Below, in pieces: positions 9,383 to 20,156 of a DNA stretch of 64,000 nucleotides (the stretch's first letter is position 1; every line of letters begins with the position of its first letter). A program made the position numbers and the translations under genes. Under the pieces are notes generated by a model. It had not been told where the DNA came from. It saw only the letters and a list, made by a program, of their open reading frames with translations, and searched no databases. The DNA is from Mesorhizobium sp. (GTDB lineage Bacteria > Pseudomonadota > Alphaproteobacteria > Rhizobiales > Rhizobiaceae), in NCBI GenBank assembly GCA_016793485.1, contig JAEULZ010000016.1, positions 155,837 to 219,836 on the forward strand, written 5' to 3'.

Positions 9383-10495
9383 TCACCCAGCGTGCGTCAG
9401 TGAAAGAAATGGCTCGCCCAGCGTCTCCGGCAACACGTCGATGCCTAGTCCATCGCCATCAGGAATTCCCATGCGGTTTCCGATGACAGGTGGCTCGTTC
9501 GACGCGGTGCGGATCGTCACCCATTGATGGAAGGCGATCGCGTGCGAGCGGCGTTCCTCCGGCGTGGAAAGCGACAGGTGGGCCATCGCAGCCGTATCGA
9601 TCTCGGCGCCGCCCGTATCCTCGACGGTGATCATAAAGCCCATCTCGGCCGCGAGATCGCGCAGCAACCGTGTCTTGGAAACGCCGCCGATCCGGGAAAT
9701 CTTCAGAGTCAAACCGTCGGCCAGACCCATCCGGTGGATGGCAATCAGATCCTCGAGTTTCTCGACGGACTCGTCGAGCACCATCGGCTTGTTGCAGGCT
9801 CGCCGCACGGACATGTTCTCTTCCAGCGTCCGGCAGGGTTGCTCGAAGACGTAGTCGACATCGCGCGTAGCGTCCACGAACTGACGCGCCTTCAGGGGCG
9901 TCCAGCCTGCATTCGCATCGCAGAAGATCACGGTGCCCTTGGGCACAACACCGGCAACGGCATGGAGGCTTTCGATGTCGCCGTGGACATCGCCGCCGAC
10001 CTTCACCTGGATGCGCCGGTACCCCTCATCCATGATCCGTCGGGCATGCGCAGCCATGGAGTCGGGTGTGCCATGCGTGACGACCTTGTAGAGTTCCGCT
10101 GTGTCGCCCTCGCGTCCCCCGAGCATGGTGACAAGCGGGACGCCTGCGCCTCGGGCGGCAAGATCCCAGCACGCCATGTCGATCGCCGACTTGATGTAGG
10201 GATGGCCGGCAAAGACCGTGTCCATCAGCCGGCCAATCTGCGCGAGCGCTCGCGGATCGCGTCCAAGCAAATGCGGCGCGATCTCGGCCACTCCCGCTTC
10301 TGCTCCTGCCGCGAAAGCGGCCGAATAGAACGTTCCGAGAGGAGCCATCTCGCCCCATCCCGTCAGGCCATCGTCGGACGTCAGCGCGACGATAACGGCG
10401 TCGAACGCGTCAGCCGTGCGGCCCTTCGACATCCTGTAGGGACCGTCGACGAACGGTTGAAGGACGCGATAGGCTTTTACTGAACGTATGATCAC
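9383..10495 (-). CDS. enolase superfamily (MR/MLE) enzyme, similar to hydroxyproline dehydratase/epimerase subgroup
   Basis: GWGEMAP, QVKVGG (KxK-like), DANAGW, EQPC, LDES, KISRIGG motifs. Confidence 0.8.
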   Translation of the reverse strand: MIIRSVKAYRVLQPFVDGPYRMSKGRTADAFDAVIVALTSDDGLTGWGEMAPLGTFYSAAFAAGAEAGVAEIAPHLLGRDPRALAQIGRLMDTVFAGHPYIKSAIDMACWDLAARGAGVPLVTMLGGREGDTAELYKVVTHGTPDSMAAHARRIMDEGYRRIQVKVGGDVHGDIESLHAVAGVVPKGTVIFCDANAGWTPLKARQFVDATRDVDYVFEQPCRTLEENMSVRRACNKPMVLDESVEKLEDLIAIHRMGLADGLTLKISRIGGVSKTRLLRDLAAEMGFMITVEDTGGAEIDTAAMAHLSLSTPEERRSHAIAFHQWVTIRTASNEPPVIGNRMGIPDGDGLGIDVLPETLGEPFLSLTHAG

Positions 10496-10606
10496 CGGTC
10501 CGGCCCTTTTCCAATGGCGCTCAGGCAGCCATTGCGTTCATGGAAACAGGTTTGGCGCCGGCGATCTTTAGGTTTGGCGACGCGGACGGACTTCGACGTA
10601 AAATTC

Positions 10607-11224
10607 TTACTTGCGGGCAGCTCGGATCGCGCTCGATGACAGGCTGGAACGCGGGCCATGGATGAAAGTCCACGCCGGCGGCTTCATGCGGGCAAGCCGC
10701 GGCGCGGCGACCTCGTCGACGCGCGCATAATCGAAGGTCTTGGCTACCATCGACGACAGGAAGGAAAGCGTGGCTCCCGGCCGGTCGATGACGGCGATCG
10801 GAAAGGTCAGCGCAATCTCGCGCCAGCGCTGCCAGCGATGGAAGTCGCGCAGATTGTCGGCTCCCATCACCCAGACGAAATCGACGCCCGGATTGCGCGA
10901 CCGCACCAGCGCCAGCGTGTCGGCCGTGTAGCGCAGCCGATGCGCCGCTTCGAAGGCCGTGACCTTTATGCGCGGGTTGCGGGTGATCTCTTCCGAAAGC
11001 CGCAACCGTTCGCCCAGCGGAGCCAGCTCGCGCGCCGACTTCAGCGGATTACCGGGCGTGACGATCCACCAGAGCTGGTCTAGCGCCAGCCGCCTCAACG
11101 CGATCTCGGCGACATGCACGTGTCCGGCATGCGGCGGATTGAACGATCCGCCGAACAGCCCGACCTGCATGCCCTTCTCGACATGCGGCATCCGCAGGTA
11201 GCGGGATGGGACGGCGGACGGCAC
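10607..11224 (-). CDS. nadD: nicotinate-nucleotide adenylyltransferase
   Basis: GLFGGSFNPPHAGH, WVMGADNL; follows proA. Confidence 0.93.
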   Translation of the reverse strand: MPSAVPSRYLRMPHVEKGMQVGLFGGSFNPPHAGHVHVAEIALRRLALDQLWWIVTPGNPLKSARELAPLGERLRLSEEITRNPRIKVTAFEAAHRLRYTADTLALVRSRNPGVDFVWVMGADNLRDFHRWQRWREIALTFPIAVIDRPGATLSFLSSMVAKTFDYARVDEVAAPRLARMKPPAWTFIHGPRSSLSSSAIRAARK

Positions 11225-11253
11225 AGTCGTTCAGGCTATCTGGAAAAGCGGGA

Positions 11254-12540
11254 TCAAGGACGCACCTGCCCTAAGCCGCGCACGCGGTACTTGAAGGACG
11301 TAAGTTGCTCGACCCCGACCGGCCCGCGCGCATGCATCTTGCCCGTGGCTATGCCGATCTCCGCTCCCATGCCGAACTCGCCGCCATCGGCGAACTGCGT
11401 CGAGGCATTGTGCAACAGGATGGCGGAATCAATCTCGTTGAAGAAGCGCTCCACCGCCGCAGCATCCTCCGCCACGATGCCTTCGGTGTGATGCGACGAC
11501 CATGTCTCGACATGCTCGATCGCTTCGCCGACGCCCTCGACAATTTTGACCGAAATGATCGCGTCCAGATATTCGGTGCGCCAGTCTTCCTCGGTCGCTG
11601 GTTTTGCCTTCGGGAACGCAATGCGCACCTCTTCCGTCCCGCGTATTTCGCAGCCGGCGTTGTCGAGCACCTCAAGCACCGGGACGAGATGCGTCGCCGC
11701 GACTGCGCGGTCGACCAGCAGCGTCTCGGCGGAACCACAGATGCCGGTCCGCCGCATCTTGGCATTGACCGCGATCTTCACCGCCATAGCGAGGTCGGCG
11801 GAACGGTCGATGTAGAGATGGCAGATGCCTTCGAGATGCGCGAAGACAGGCACGCGCGCCTCCGCCTGAACGCGCGCCACGAGGCTCTTGCCCCCGCGCG
11901 GAATGATGACGTCGAGGTTACCGCCAAGGCCTGCGAGCATCTCGCCGACGGCGGCGCGATCCGTCAGCGGCACGAGTTGGATGGCGTCCTCGGGCAGCCC
12001 CGCCGCCTTCAGCCCCTCGACGAGGCAGGCATGGATCGCAGACGAGGAATTCAGCGAATCCGAACCGCCGCGCAGGATGACGGGATTGCCGGCTTTGAGG
12101 CAGAGCGCGCCGGCGTCGGCGGTAACGTTGGGCCGGCTCTCATAGATGACGCCAATCACGCCGAGCGGCGTGCACACGCGCTCGATCTGCAGTCCATTCG
12201 GACGGTCCCACGCGGCGATGACCTCGCCGACGGGATCCTTCAGCGCCGCGATCTCGCGAATGCCCTGCGCCATAGCATTTACGCGCTTCGCATCGAGCTT
12301 CAGCCTGTCCATCATCGCCGGCGACAGCTTTGCTTCCTCGCCATTGGCAACATCGATGGCGTTCGCCTCGAGAATCGCAGCCTCGTTGCGCAGGATGGCG
12401 TCCGCCATGGCGGCAAGCGCCATATTCTTGGCGGCGGTCGAGGCGATCGCCAGCGGTCGCGCGGCGGCCCGTGCGCGGCGGCCGATCTCGGCCATCAACG
12501 CAGCGGTGTCTGTTCCCGACTGTTCATGCGTCTTCAGCAT
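11254..12540 (-). CDS. proA: gamma-glutamyl phosphate reductase
   Basis: [52 protein letters not shown]. Confidence 0.97.
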   Translation of the reverse strand: MLKTHEQSGTDTAALMAEIGRRARAAARPLAIASTAAKNMALAAMADAILRNEAAILEANAIDVANGEEAKLSPAMMDRLKLDAKRVNAMAQGIREIAALKDPVGEVIAAWDRPNGLQIERVCTPLGVIGVIYESRPNVTADAGALCLKAGNPVILRGGSDSLNSSSAIHACLVEGLKAAGLPEDAIQLVPLTDRAAVGEMLAGLGGNLDVIIPRGGKSLVARVQAEARVPVFAHLEGICHLYIDRSADLAMAVKIAVNAKMRRTGICGSAETLLVDRAVAATHLVPVLEVLDNAGCEIRGTEEVRIAFPKAKPATEEDWRTEYLDAIISVKIVEGVGEAIEHVETWSSHHTEGIVAEDAAAVERFFNEIDSAILLHNASTQFADGGEFGMGAEIGIATGKMHARGPVGVEQLTSFKYRVRGLGQVRP

Positions 12541-12543
12541 GAC

Positions 12544-14819
<2,276 letters not shown>

Positions 14820-14834
14820 TCAACCAGCCGTCCA

Positions 14835-15416
14835 TCATGCCCAGTTCCTCAGGCTCTCCCAGGTGCGACGGTCGAGACGATAACGCTCGATCGGCACCTG
14901 GCCGGCGGCGAGCGAGTTCATCATCCCCTGTCCGGCATACTGGAAGCCGCATTTGTGGATCACGCGCCGCGAAGCCGGGTTGATGACCCGCACCGATACG
15001 TTGAGCACCTGGATGCGAGTTTCGCGAAAAGCGAGGTCGACAAGCGCATGCGCCGCTTCGGTGGCGAAGCCGCGCTTCCAGTAGGGTTCGCCGACCCAGT
15101 AGCCAAGCTCCAGCCCGCGATCCTTCACGTTGAGCCCGGCACAGCCGATGAACGTGCCCGTGCCGGCGAGCGTCAGCGCATAGCTGACGCCGGGACGCTT
15201 GTGCCCGGCCATCGCGATGAAGCTGCGCGCTTCCGCTTCACCGTAGGGATGCGGCATGCGGGCGAGCATCTGTGCGACGTGCAGATTGTCGGCAAGCTGG
15301 ACCAGCGCAGGAATGTCCCCTTCCCGCGGCGCTCGCATGATCAGCCGCTTCGTCACCAGAACCGGCCGCTCTATGAACGGACTTTCGTCTTCGCTGTCAT
15401 CCTTGTCGGCAATCAT
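14835..15416 (-). CDS. GNAT acetyltransferase, RimJ/RimL type
   Basis: ELGYWVGEPYWKRGFATEA, NPASRRVIHKCGF; usual position between rpmA and obgE. Confidence 0.85.
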   Translation of the reverse strand: MIADKDDSEDESPFIERPVLVTKRLIMRAPREGDIPALVQLADNLHVAQMLARMPHPYGEAEARSFIAMAGHKRPGVSYALTLAGTGTFIGCAGLNVKDRGLELGYWVGEPYWKRGFATEAAHALVDLAFRETRIQVLNVSVRVINPASRRVIHKCGFQYAGQGMMNSLAAGQVPIERYRLDRRTWESLRNWA

Positions 15417-15491
15417 CGCAGTCCCTCCAGAGCGCAAAGAAAAAGGGGAGATGGCGACCCATCTCCCCTGATCCATTTTCTGGGCTCTGCC

Positions 15492-15525
15492 AGACACCGG
15501 TTCCCGAGATGGGGCGCCGGTGTCT
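15492..15525 (-). terminator. hairpin downstream of rpmA
   Basis: AGACACCGG (15492-15500) / CCGGTGTCT (15517-15525) inverted repeat. Confidence 0.5.
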
Positions 15526-15539
15526 TGGTGCGGAACCGG

Positions 15540-15809
15540 CTACTCCGCTGCTTCCTGTGTCGGGTTTACCGACACGTAGGTACGGCCATTGGCTTTCTTG
15601 CGGAACGCGACGGCGCCGGCCTCGAGCGCAAACAGCGTATGATCCTTGCCCATGCCGACGTTCACGCCGGGATGCCAGGTCGTGCCGCGCTGACGAATAA
15701 TGATGTTGCCGGGAATGACAGCTTCGCCGCCAAACTTCTTCACGCCAAGGCGCTTGGATTCCGAGTCGCGACCGTTACGCGACGAACCGCCAGCTTTCTT
15801 ATGTGCCAT
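15540..15809 (-). CDS. rpmA: 50S ribosomal protein L27
   Basis: [16 protein letters not shown]...RLGVK. Confidence 0.99.
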   Translation of the reverse strand: MAHKKAGGSSRNGRDSESKRLGVKKFGGEAVIPGNIIIRQRGTTWHPGVNVGMGKDHTLFALEAGAVAFRKKANGRTYVSVNPTQEAAE

Positions 15810-15835
15810 GGTCTATCTCCTTAAGTCGCTACTCT

Positions 15836-16531
15836 TTACTCTGATTCCTTGGCGGCTGCAGCATCTTTGTCGATCTGCGCGCGCGGCGGCTTTCCGGCGA
15901 GAAGTTCCTTGGCCTGCGCCACCCACTCCTCGCGCTCGACGCGACCGCCGAGCGACAGTTCCTCGTCGAGCTTGGCAATATCGGCCTTCTTCAGCTTGGA
16001 GATCGACGCGAGCGTGCCGTAGCCGGCTTCCGTCAGCTTCTCCTTCAACACCGGGCCGACGCCGCTGATCAGCGAAATATCGTCCACGACGTCAGCCTTC
16101 GGGGCCTTCGCCTTTGCGGGCTTTGCCTTGGGGGCAACGTCGGCAAGCGCTGCCGGCGCTGCTTCGGCTTCCGCCACCTTTTCCTTCTTGGCGGCAGCCT
16201 TTTTCGCAGGCTTGGCTCCACCGAGCAGGATTTCGTCGATGCGCACAGTCGTCTCATACTGGCGATGGCCGCGGCGGCGCTTGGAGTTCTGGCGGCGACG
16301 CTTCTTGAAAGCGATGACGGTAGCTGCGCGGCCCTGGGCCACGACCTCAGCCGTCACCGACGCGCCGTCCACGAAGGGAGCACCGATCGTCACTGCATCA
16401 CCCTCGCCGTGGGCGAGCACATATCCGATTTCCACGATGTCGCCGACTTCGCCGGCGATCTTCTCGATCTTCAACACGTCATTGGCGACAACGCGATACT
16501 GCTTGCCGCCCGTTTTGATGACTGCGAACAT
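15836..16531 (-). CDS. rplU: 50S ribosomal protein L21 with C-terminal Ala/Lys-rich linker and HhH-like extension
   Basis: [12 protein letters not shown] start at 16531; GHRQ; extension [11 protein letters not shown]. Confidence 0.97.
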   Translation of the reverse strand: MFAVIKTGGKQYRVVANDVLKIEKIAGEVGDIVEIGYVLAHGEGDAVTIGAPFVDGASVTAEVVAQGRAATVIAFKKRRRQNSKRRRGHRQYETTVRIDEILLGGAKPAKKAAAKKEKVAEAEAAPAALADVAPKAKPAKAKAPKADVVDDISLISGVGPVLKEKLTEAGYGTLASISKLKKADIAKLDEELSLGGRVEREEWVAQAKELLAGKPPRAQIDKDAAAAKESE

Positions 16532-16803
16532 TTTTTGCCTTTCGCTGTTCGGTCGGCCTTTTCGGATGCTCGGAAGCGATCCGGCCGTCTTTTTGTCAGT
16601 CTGCGGGTTCATAAAACATCAGCGGCGCGGAGAGACCCCACGCCGGATGCGCGCCGTCCCTAGACGATGCGGCCAGTCGAGTCAAGGCGAGACGGGCATT
16701 TCCGACCTGGCGGCGACAAAGCGCGTCCGATCGTAAAATGGCCTTGTAACCGGGAAGGCGCGCCGTTATCTAGTGCCGCGCGCCAAGGCGCCGACCATGT
16801 TGC

Positions 16804-16893
16804 GGAGAAGTGGCAGAGTGGTCGAATGCACCGCACTCGAAATGCGGCATGGGTGCAAGCCCATCGGGGGTTCGAATCCCTCCTTCTCCGCCA
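16804..16893 (+). tRNA. tRNA-Ser(CGA)
   Basis: GGAGAAG/CTTCTCC acceptor stem, CCGCA-CT-CGA-AA-TGCGG anticodon arm, long variable arm, GTTCGAATC T loop, encoded CCA; 90 nt. Confidence 0.97.
16880..16893 (+). repeat. att core copy 1 (tRNA 3' end)
   Basis: CTCCTTCTCCGCCA, identical at 38212-38225 and 52567-52580. Confidence 0.93.
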
Positions 16894-16947
16894 TATTCCT
16901 ATCCTAAGCGATTGCAATCATTGCCAGATTTGTCGCGGCGGTTTTTG

Positions 16948-16970
16948 TTCCCCTGTTTCTTCCCCTGTTT
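16948..16970 (+). repeat. integrase arm-type site doublet, element 1 left
   Basis: TTCCCCTGTTT-C-TTCCCCTGTTT; exact 23-bp copy at 38071-38093. Confidence 0.8.
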
Positions 16971-17033
16971 GGCCGTTTGCGCCCTCGGTGGCCGAGCCTG
17001 TGAAGGCCCGACCACTCTGACGCCGATCGGCGG

Positions 17034-18026
17034 CTAGGCTGCCTGTGCCGTCATCAGCTTCTCGATGCGCTCGAAGTCGCAGTAGCGGGCATAGAGGCGC
17101 TGGGCGTACGTCTCCTGTCCGGCACCGGCAATCGCCTCGATCACCTGTTCAAGCGCTACCACGTCAAAGCTGACCAGTCCGTCCCGATGTGGAGCCAGCT
17201 GTTCCTGATATGCCGTGCAGGCATTGGCCACTGACCGGTTGGCGGCCGGGGCGATGACGATGAACTGTCCGCTGTCGAACAGGTCAGCGTCGATCATGGA
17301 CTGCATCAGGGCCATCTCGCGCAGCAACTGTTGATGCGGGTTGCCGAGAAGCGCCTTGTTGCCGGGCCGGGTCACGAGGCCGCTGTCGCTGGCGATCTGG
17401 AGGTGGCGCGGGTTGATGTTCCGAGGCACCGCGTCGTTGCAGCCCTCGGCATATTTCATCTCGATCGCCACGAACGTGCGCTCCCCGACCGGCGAGATAC
17501 CGGCGACGAAGATATCGACCGCCGTGAAGTCACCCGTGAAACGCGGATCGCCACGGCCAGGCGAGAACTCGAACGAGATGCCGGTCACCTGCCTGAAGGC
17601 GTCCGGGAACAGTCCGGCCATCATCTTGTCGGCAAACCGTGGATCCAGCTTGGCCGGGCCGAACAGGTTCAGGCAGAGCGTCTGGGAGGCTAGGAGGTTG
17701 GTCCGCAGGCGATGGGCGTCATAGAGCGCCCCGACCTGTCGGAAGACCAGTTCACGCGAGGCCAGATCGGCCACGGCGGGGCACATGAAGTTGCGGCCGG
17801 CGCGTCCTGCCTTGTCGGAGATGCGGCTGCCGACGATGTGGGCCTTGCCCTCACGGTCGATTAAGCGGCCGATGGGCAGGCCTTCCTCTTCGCGCCACAG
17901 GGCGGCCAAGAGGCGCAGGGCTGCACGGTATCGATCGTCCGATGCGATCAGGGTGTGGTGCTGTTTGGCGATGTCCGGTGTCACGGTCGGCACGAAGCCG
18001 GTGTCGTTGGATGGTTCGATGGTCAT
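17034..18026 (-). CDS. putative PD-(D/E)xK nuclease (PGN_0703-like putative restriction endonuclease)
   Basis: NLLASQTLCLNLFG, FTAVDIFV...FVAIEMKYAE, QQLLREMAL; family recognised from memory. Confidence 0.6.
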   Translation of the reverse strand: MTIEPSNDTGFVPTVTPDIAKQHHTLIASDDRYRAALRLLAALWREEEGLPIGRLIDREGKAHIVGSRISDKAGRAGRNFMCPAVADLASRELVFRQVGALYDAHRLRTNLLASQTLCLNLFGPAKLDPRFADKMMAGLFPDAFRQVTGISFEFSPGRGDPRFTGDFTAVDIFVAGISPVGERTFVAIEMKYAEGCNDAVPRNINPRHLQIASDSGLVTRPGNKALLGNPHQQLLREMALMQSMIDADLFDSGQFIVIAPAANRSVANACTAYQEQLAPHRDGLVSFDVVALEQVIEAIAGAGQETYAQRLYARYCDFERIEKLMTAQAA

Positions 18027-18137
18027 CAGGGTCCTCTTGAGTTTGAGACGAACACCGAAGGTTCGTTGAGGACGGCTGCGTATTGCGCGTTCGAAAAACC
18101 ATCATAATTTCTGTGTCCGCCACGAGAGGACAAGAAG

Positions 18138-19043
18138 ATGGACAGACCAGAGCGGGCGCTGACGCGCGACGACTTCATCGACGCCGAAGATTGGTATCGC
18201 TATCAACACGAAGGCGGGTTCTTGCGGCGCGTCCATCGAGGCCAGCGGTACGTGCCTGCGCTGAGTAATGGCCCGTGGGCGCAGTTGGTCAACATGACCC
18301 ATGATGTCAGGGAAAAGCCGGAGCGACAGTACAGCCGCCTTTCGACAGGATTACGGGGCAAGGAGGTTGACCTCCTCTGGAAGGCTGTCGCTTTGGCAAA
18401 CCTCCAATCACAAGTTTTGAACGTCCACGTCACAATTGCATGGTCGACTGTGGGCGTCATAGCCGAGGCAGAAGTCGCTCAAGCCAACGAGGAGTTCTTA
18501 GAGCGGATGCGTAAGCGGTTGAGCGATCTGGGCGTACCTCATGCCTGGATTTGGGTTCTGGAGCGCAAGCCGACCATAGGGCTGCACACCCACATCCTTG
18601 CTCATGTTCCCATGCGATATCATTGGGCCTTCAAGAAGTGGACGCGCAGCGGCTTTCGATCAGCGACGGGCTCGGTTCCAGTAGAGGACGGACCAAGCTT
18701 GTCGGTCATGGTGAAGACGGCCCACGATCGAGATTGCAGGCAGCAGCAGATTTGGTTCGATTATCTGGTCAAGGGTTTGAACAAGGGCGAGGTGTATCTC
18801 GACCAAAATGACGCGCGCGCACGATACGACATTGCCATGGTCGGCCGATTGAAGTTGAAAAGGCAAGGCGTGGTTTCGGTCAAACGAAGCGGATATGCCC
18901 GCGCTATAGGCCCAGCTGTCCTCGACCGGTTTCTGGCCAGATATCCATATGCGAATTATGACCTCGCAGACCGTGGACCGATCGCACACCGTTTCCTGCT
19001 CGCGGGCGAAACCTGCCGTATGATCGCTGGGCTCGACATCTAA
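18138..19043 (+). CDS. HUH-superfamily endonuclease (rolling-circle Rep-like)
   Basis: HVTIAW (motif 1-like), GLHTHIL (HUH), DYLVKG (YxxK). Confidence 0.7.
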   Translation: MDRPERALTRDDFIDAEDWYRYQHEGGFLRRVHRGQRYVPALSNGPWAQLVNMTHDVREKPERQYSRLSTGLRGKEVDLLWKAVALANLQSQVLNVHVTIAWSTVGVIAEAEVAQANEEFLERMRKRLSDLGVPHAWIWVLERKPTIGLHTHILAHVPMRYHWAFKKWTRSGFRSATGSVPVEDGPSLSVMVKTAHDRDCRQQQIWFDYLVKGLNKGEVYLDQNDARARYDIAMVGRLKLKRQGVVSVKRSGYARAIGPAVLDRFLARYPYANYDLADRGPIAHRFLLAGETCRMIAGLDI

Positions 19044-19233
19044 AGAAATGGAGGTCTGCGAGAAAGAAATGGAGGTCGATGCCTGCCATCTCATTGATTG
19101 GAATAGGAAAGGGAGAGGCGATTTTCTCTAAAAGAAATTTTCCCTGAAAATAGACCTTCCTTCCGGCGCAAAAGAGAAAGAGCGCAAGGGCGATAAGATC
19201 GTGTTTGGATAGTGATCTGATGGTGATCAGATC
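19042..19233. other. candidate origin beside HUH gene
   Basis: 15-bp direct repeat AAAGAAATGGAGGTC at 19042 and 19063; A-rich tract; hairpin GATCTGAT-GGTG-ATCAGATC at 19214-19233. Confidence 0.45.
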
Positions 19234-19307
19234 GGGAAGGGGACAAAGAAAAAATGCGCCTGCAGCGACTGGCTTGCAAGCGCATTATGCGGCGGTTCCC
19301 CGAGCGA

Positions 19308-19568
19308 TCATTCGTCGTGTTCGAGCGTGAGCGTCGGTCCCGGCAGCATTTTCAGAAGGGCGTCCAAGCCCTGCCTGGCGATCTTGGGAGCGGCGTCGCG
19401 CGTGATCCTGCCGGTGTCGGGCCAATAGTTCAGATCGCCGACCTTGAGCTGATAGATGGAGGGCCGCCAGACGGCGACCCCTCTCTGTTGCAGCGCCTTG
19501 ATTGCGGACACCATGTCGGCGGTGTCGGCGCCGTTTTGGAGCGACAGGCCCTTCGGCTTACGCGCCAT
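19308..19568 (-). CDS. hypothetical protein
   Basis: 86 aa from MARKPKG; coupled to upstream small ORFs. Confidence 0.55.
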   Translation of the reverse strand: MARKPKGLSLQNGADTADMVSAIKALQQRGVAVWRPSIYQLKVGDLNYWPDTGRITRDAAPKIARQGLDALLKMLPGPTLTLEHDE

Positions 19569-19755
19569 GATCCGGTCCCGAGCCCGCTGCCGAATAGGCT
19601 TCAAGTTCGGACAGGAACACCGGCGCCCACTCGGGTTCGACTTGGTAGAGGTCGAGGTCGCCCTGCCCTGCAAGGAACAGCAGAAGCGCCTGAACCTGCC
19701 GTGGGCACCGGTCGATGATGAGCACGCGGTCGTGGAAGTTGCGGCGTTGGGCCAT
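19558..19755 (-). CDS. hypothetical protein
   Basis: MAQRRNF..., starts 3 nt after Xis-like gene stop. Confidence 0.5.
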   Translation of the reverse strand: MAQRRNFHDRVLIIDRCPRQVQALLLFLAGQGDLDLYQVEPEWAPVFLSELEAYSAAGSGPDHGA

Positions 19756-19757
19756 GG

Positions 19758-19967
19758 TCAGTCCTCCAGCGTGATTTCGGTCAGTGGGCGGATGCGCAGC
19801 GCGTCGAGCCACGCCTGCGCCGCTGATGCCGGGATCAGCACCTTGCGCCCGGCCTTGACGGCATGAAGCCGTCCAGCCGAGATTTCGTTGAGGGTCTTGG
19901 TGCGGCCGATGCCGGCCCACTGCTGGAACTCGCGGAGCGAATACGCCCCCTTGGTGATGGTGGTCAT
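19758..19967 (-). CDS. excisionase/AlpA-like winged-helix protein
   Basis: YSLREFQQWAGIGRTKTLNEISAGRLHAVKAGRKVLI matches the HTH_17 pattern. Confidence 0.8.
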   Translation of the reverse strand: MTTITKGAYSLREFQQWAGIGRTKTLNEISAGRLHAVKAGRKVLIPASAAQAWLDALRIRPLTEITLED

Positions 19968-20104
19968 GGGTTTCTCCGTCTGACCTGCGCGACCACGATG
20001 GCGGCGCTTGATGGAGCCCATATCGGTGGGGGCGGATCGGTTGAGTCAGATGGGTCGCTTCGGAATCTTCGCCGGGTGCCATAGCGATGCGCGGCGCAAT
20101 GAAA

Positions 20105-20132
20105 AGCCCGCCAGGGCGAACCGTGGCGGGCT
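20105..20132 (-). terminator. intrinsic terminator after 488-aa gene
   Basis: AGCCCGCCA/TGGCGGGCT stem followed by TTTTC on the minus strand. Confidence 0.6.
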
Positions 20133-20156
20133 AATCGGTTTCACTTTATTACTCTC

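Noticed and set aside
15836-16250. C-terminal extension on L21
   Set aside because: Such extensions are familiar in Rhizobiales L21 proteins; not novel.
18050-18064. GAAC-N7-GTTC upstream of the nuclease and HUH genes
   Set aside because: Inverted arrangement does not match the direct-repeat alphaproteobacterial LexA box.
18029-18070. Second GGGTCCT (cosQ-like) in element 1
   Set aside because: No cosN-like sequence follows at the expected distance; a 7-mer can occur by chance.
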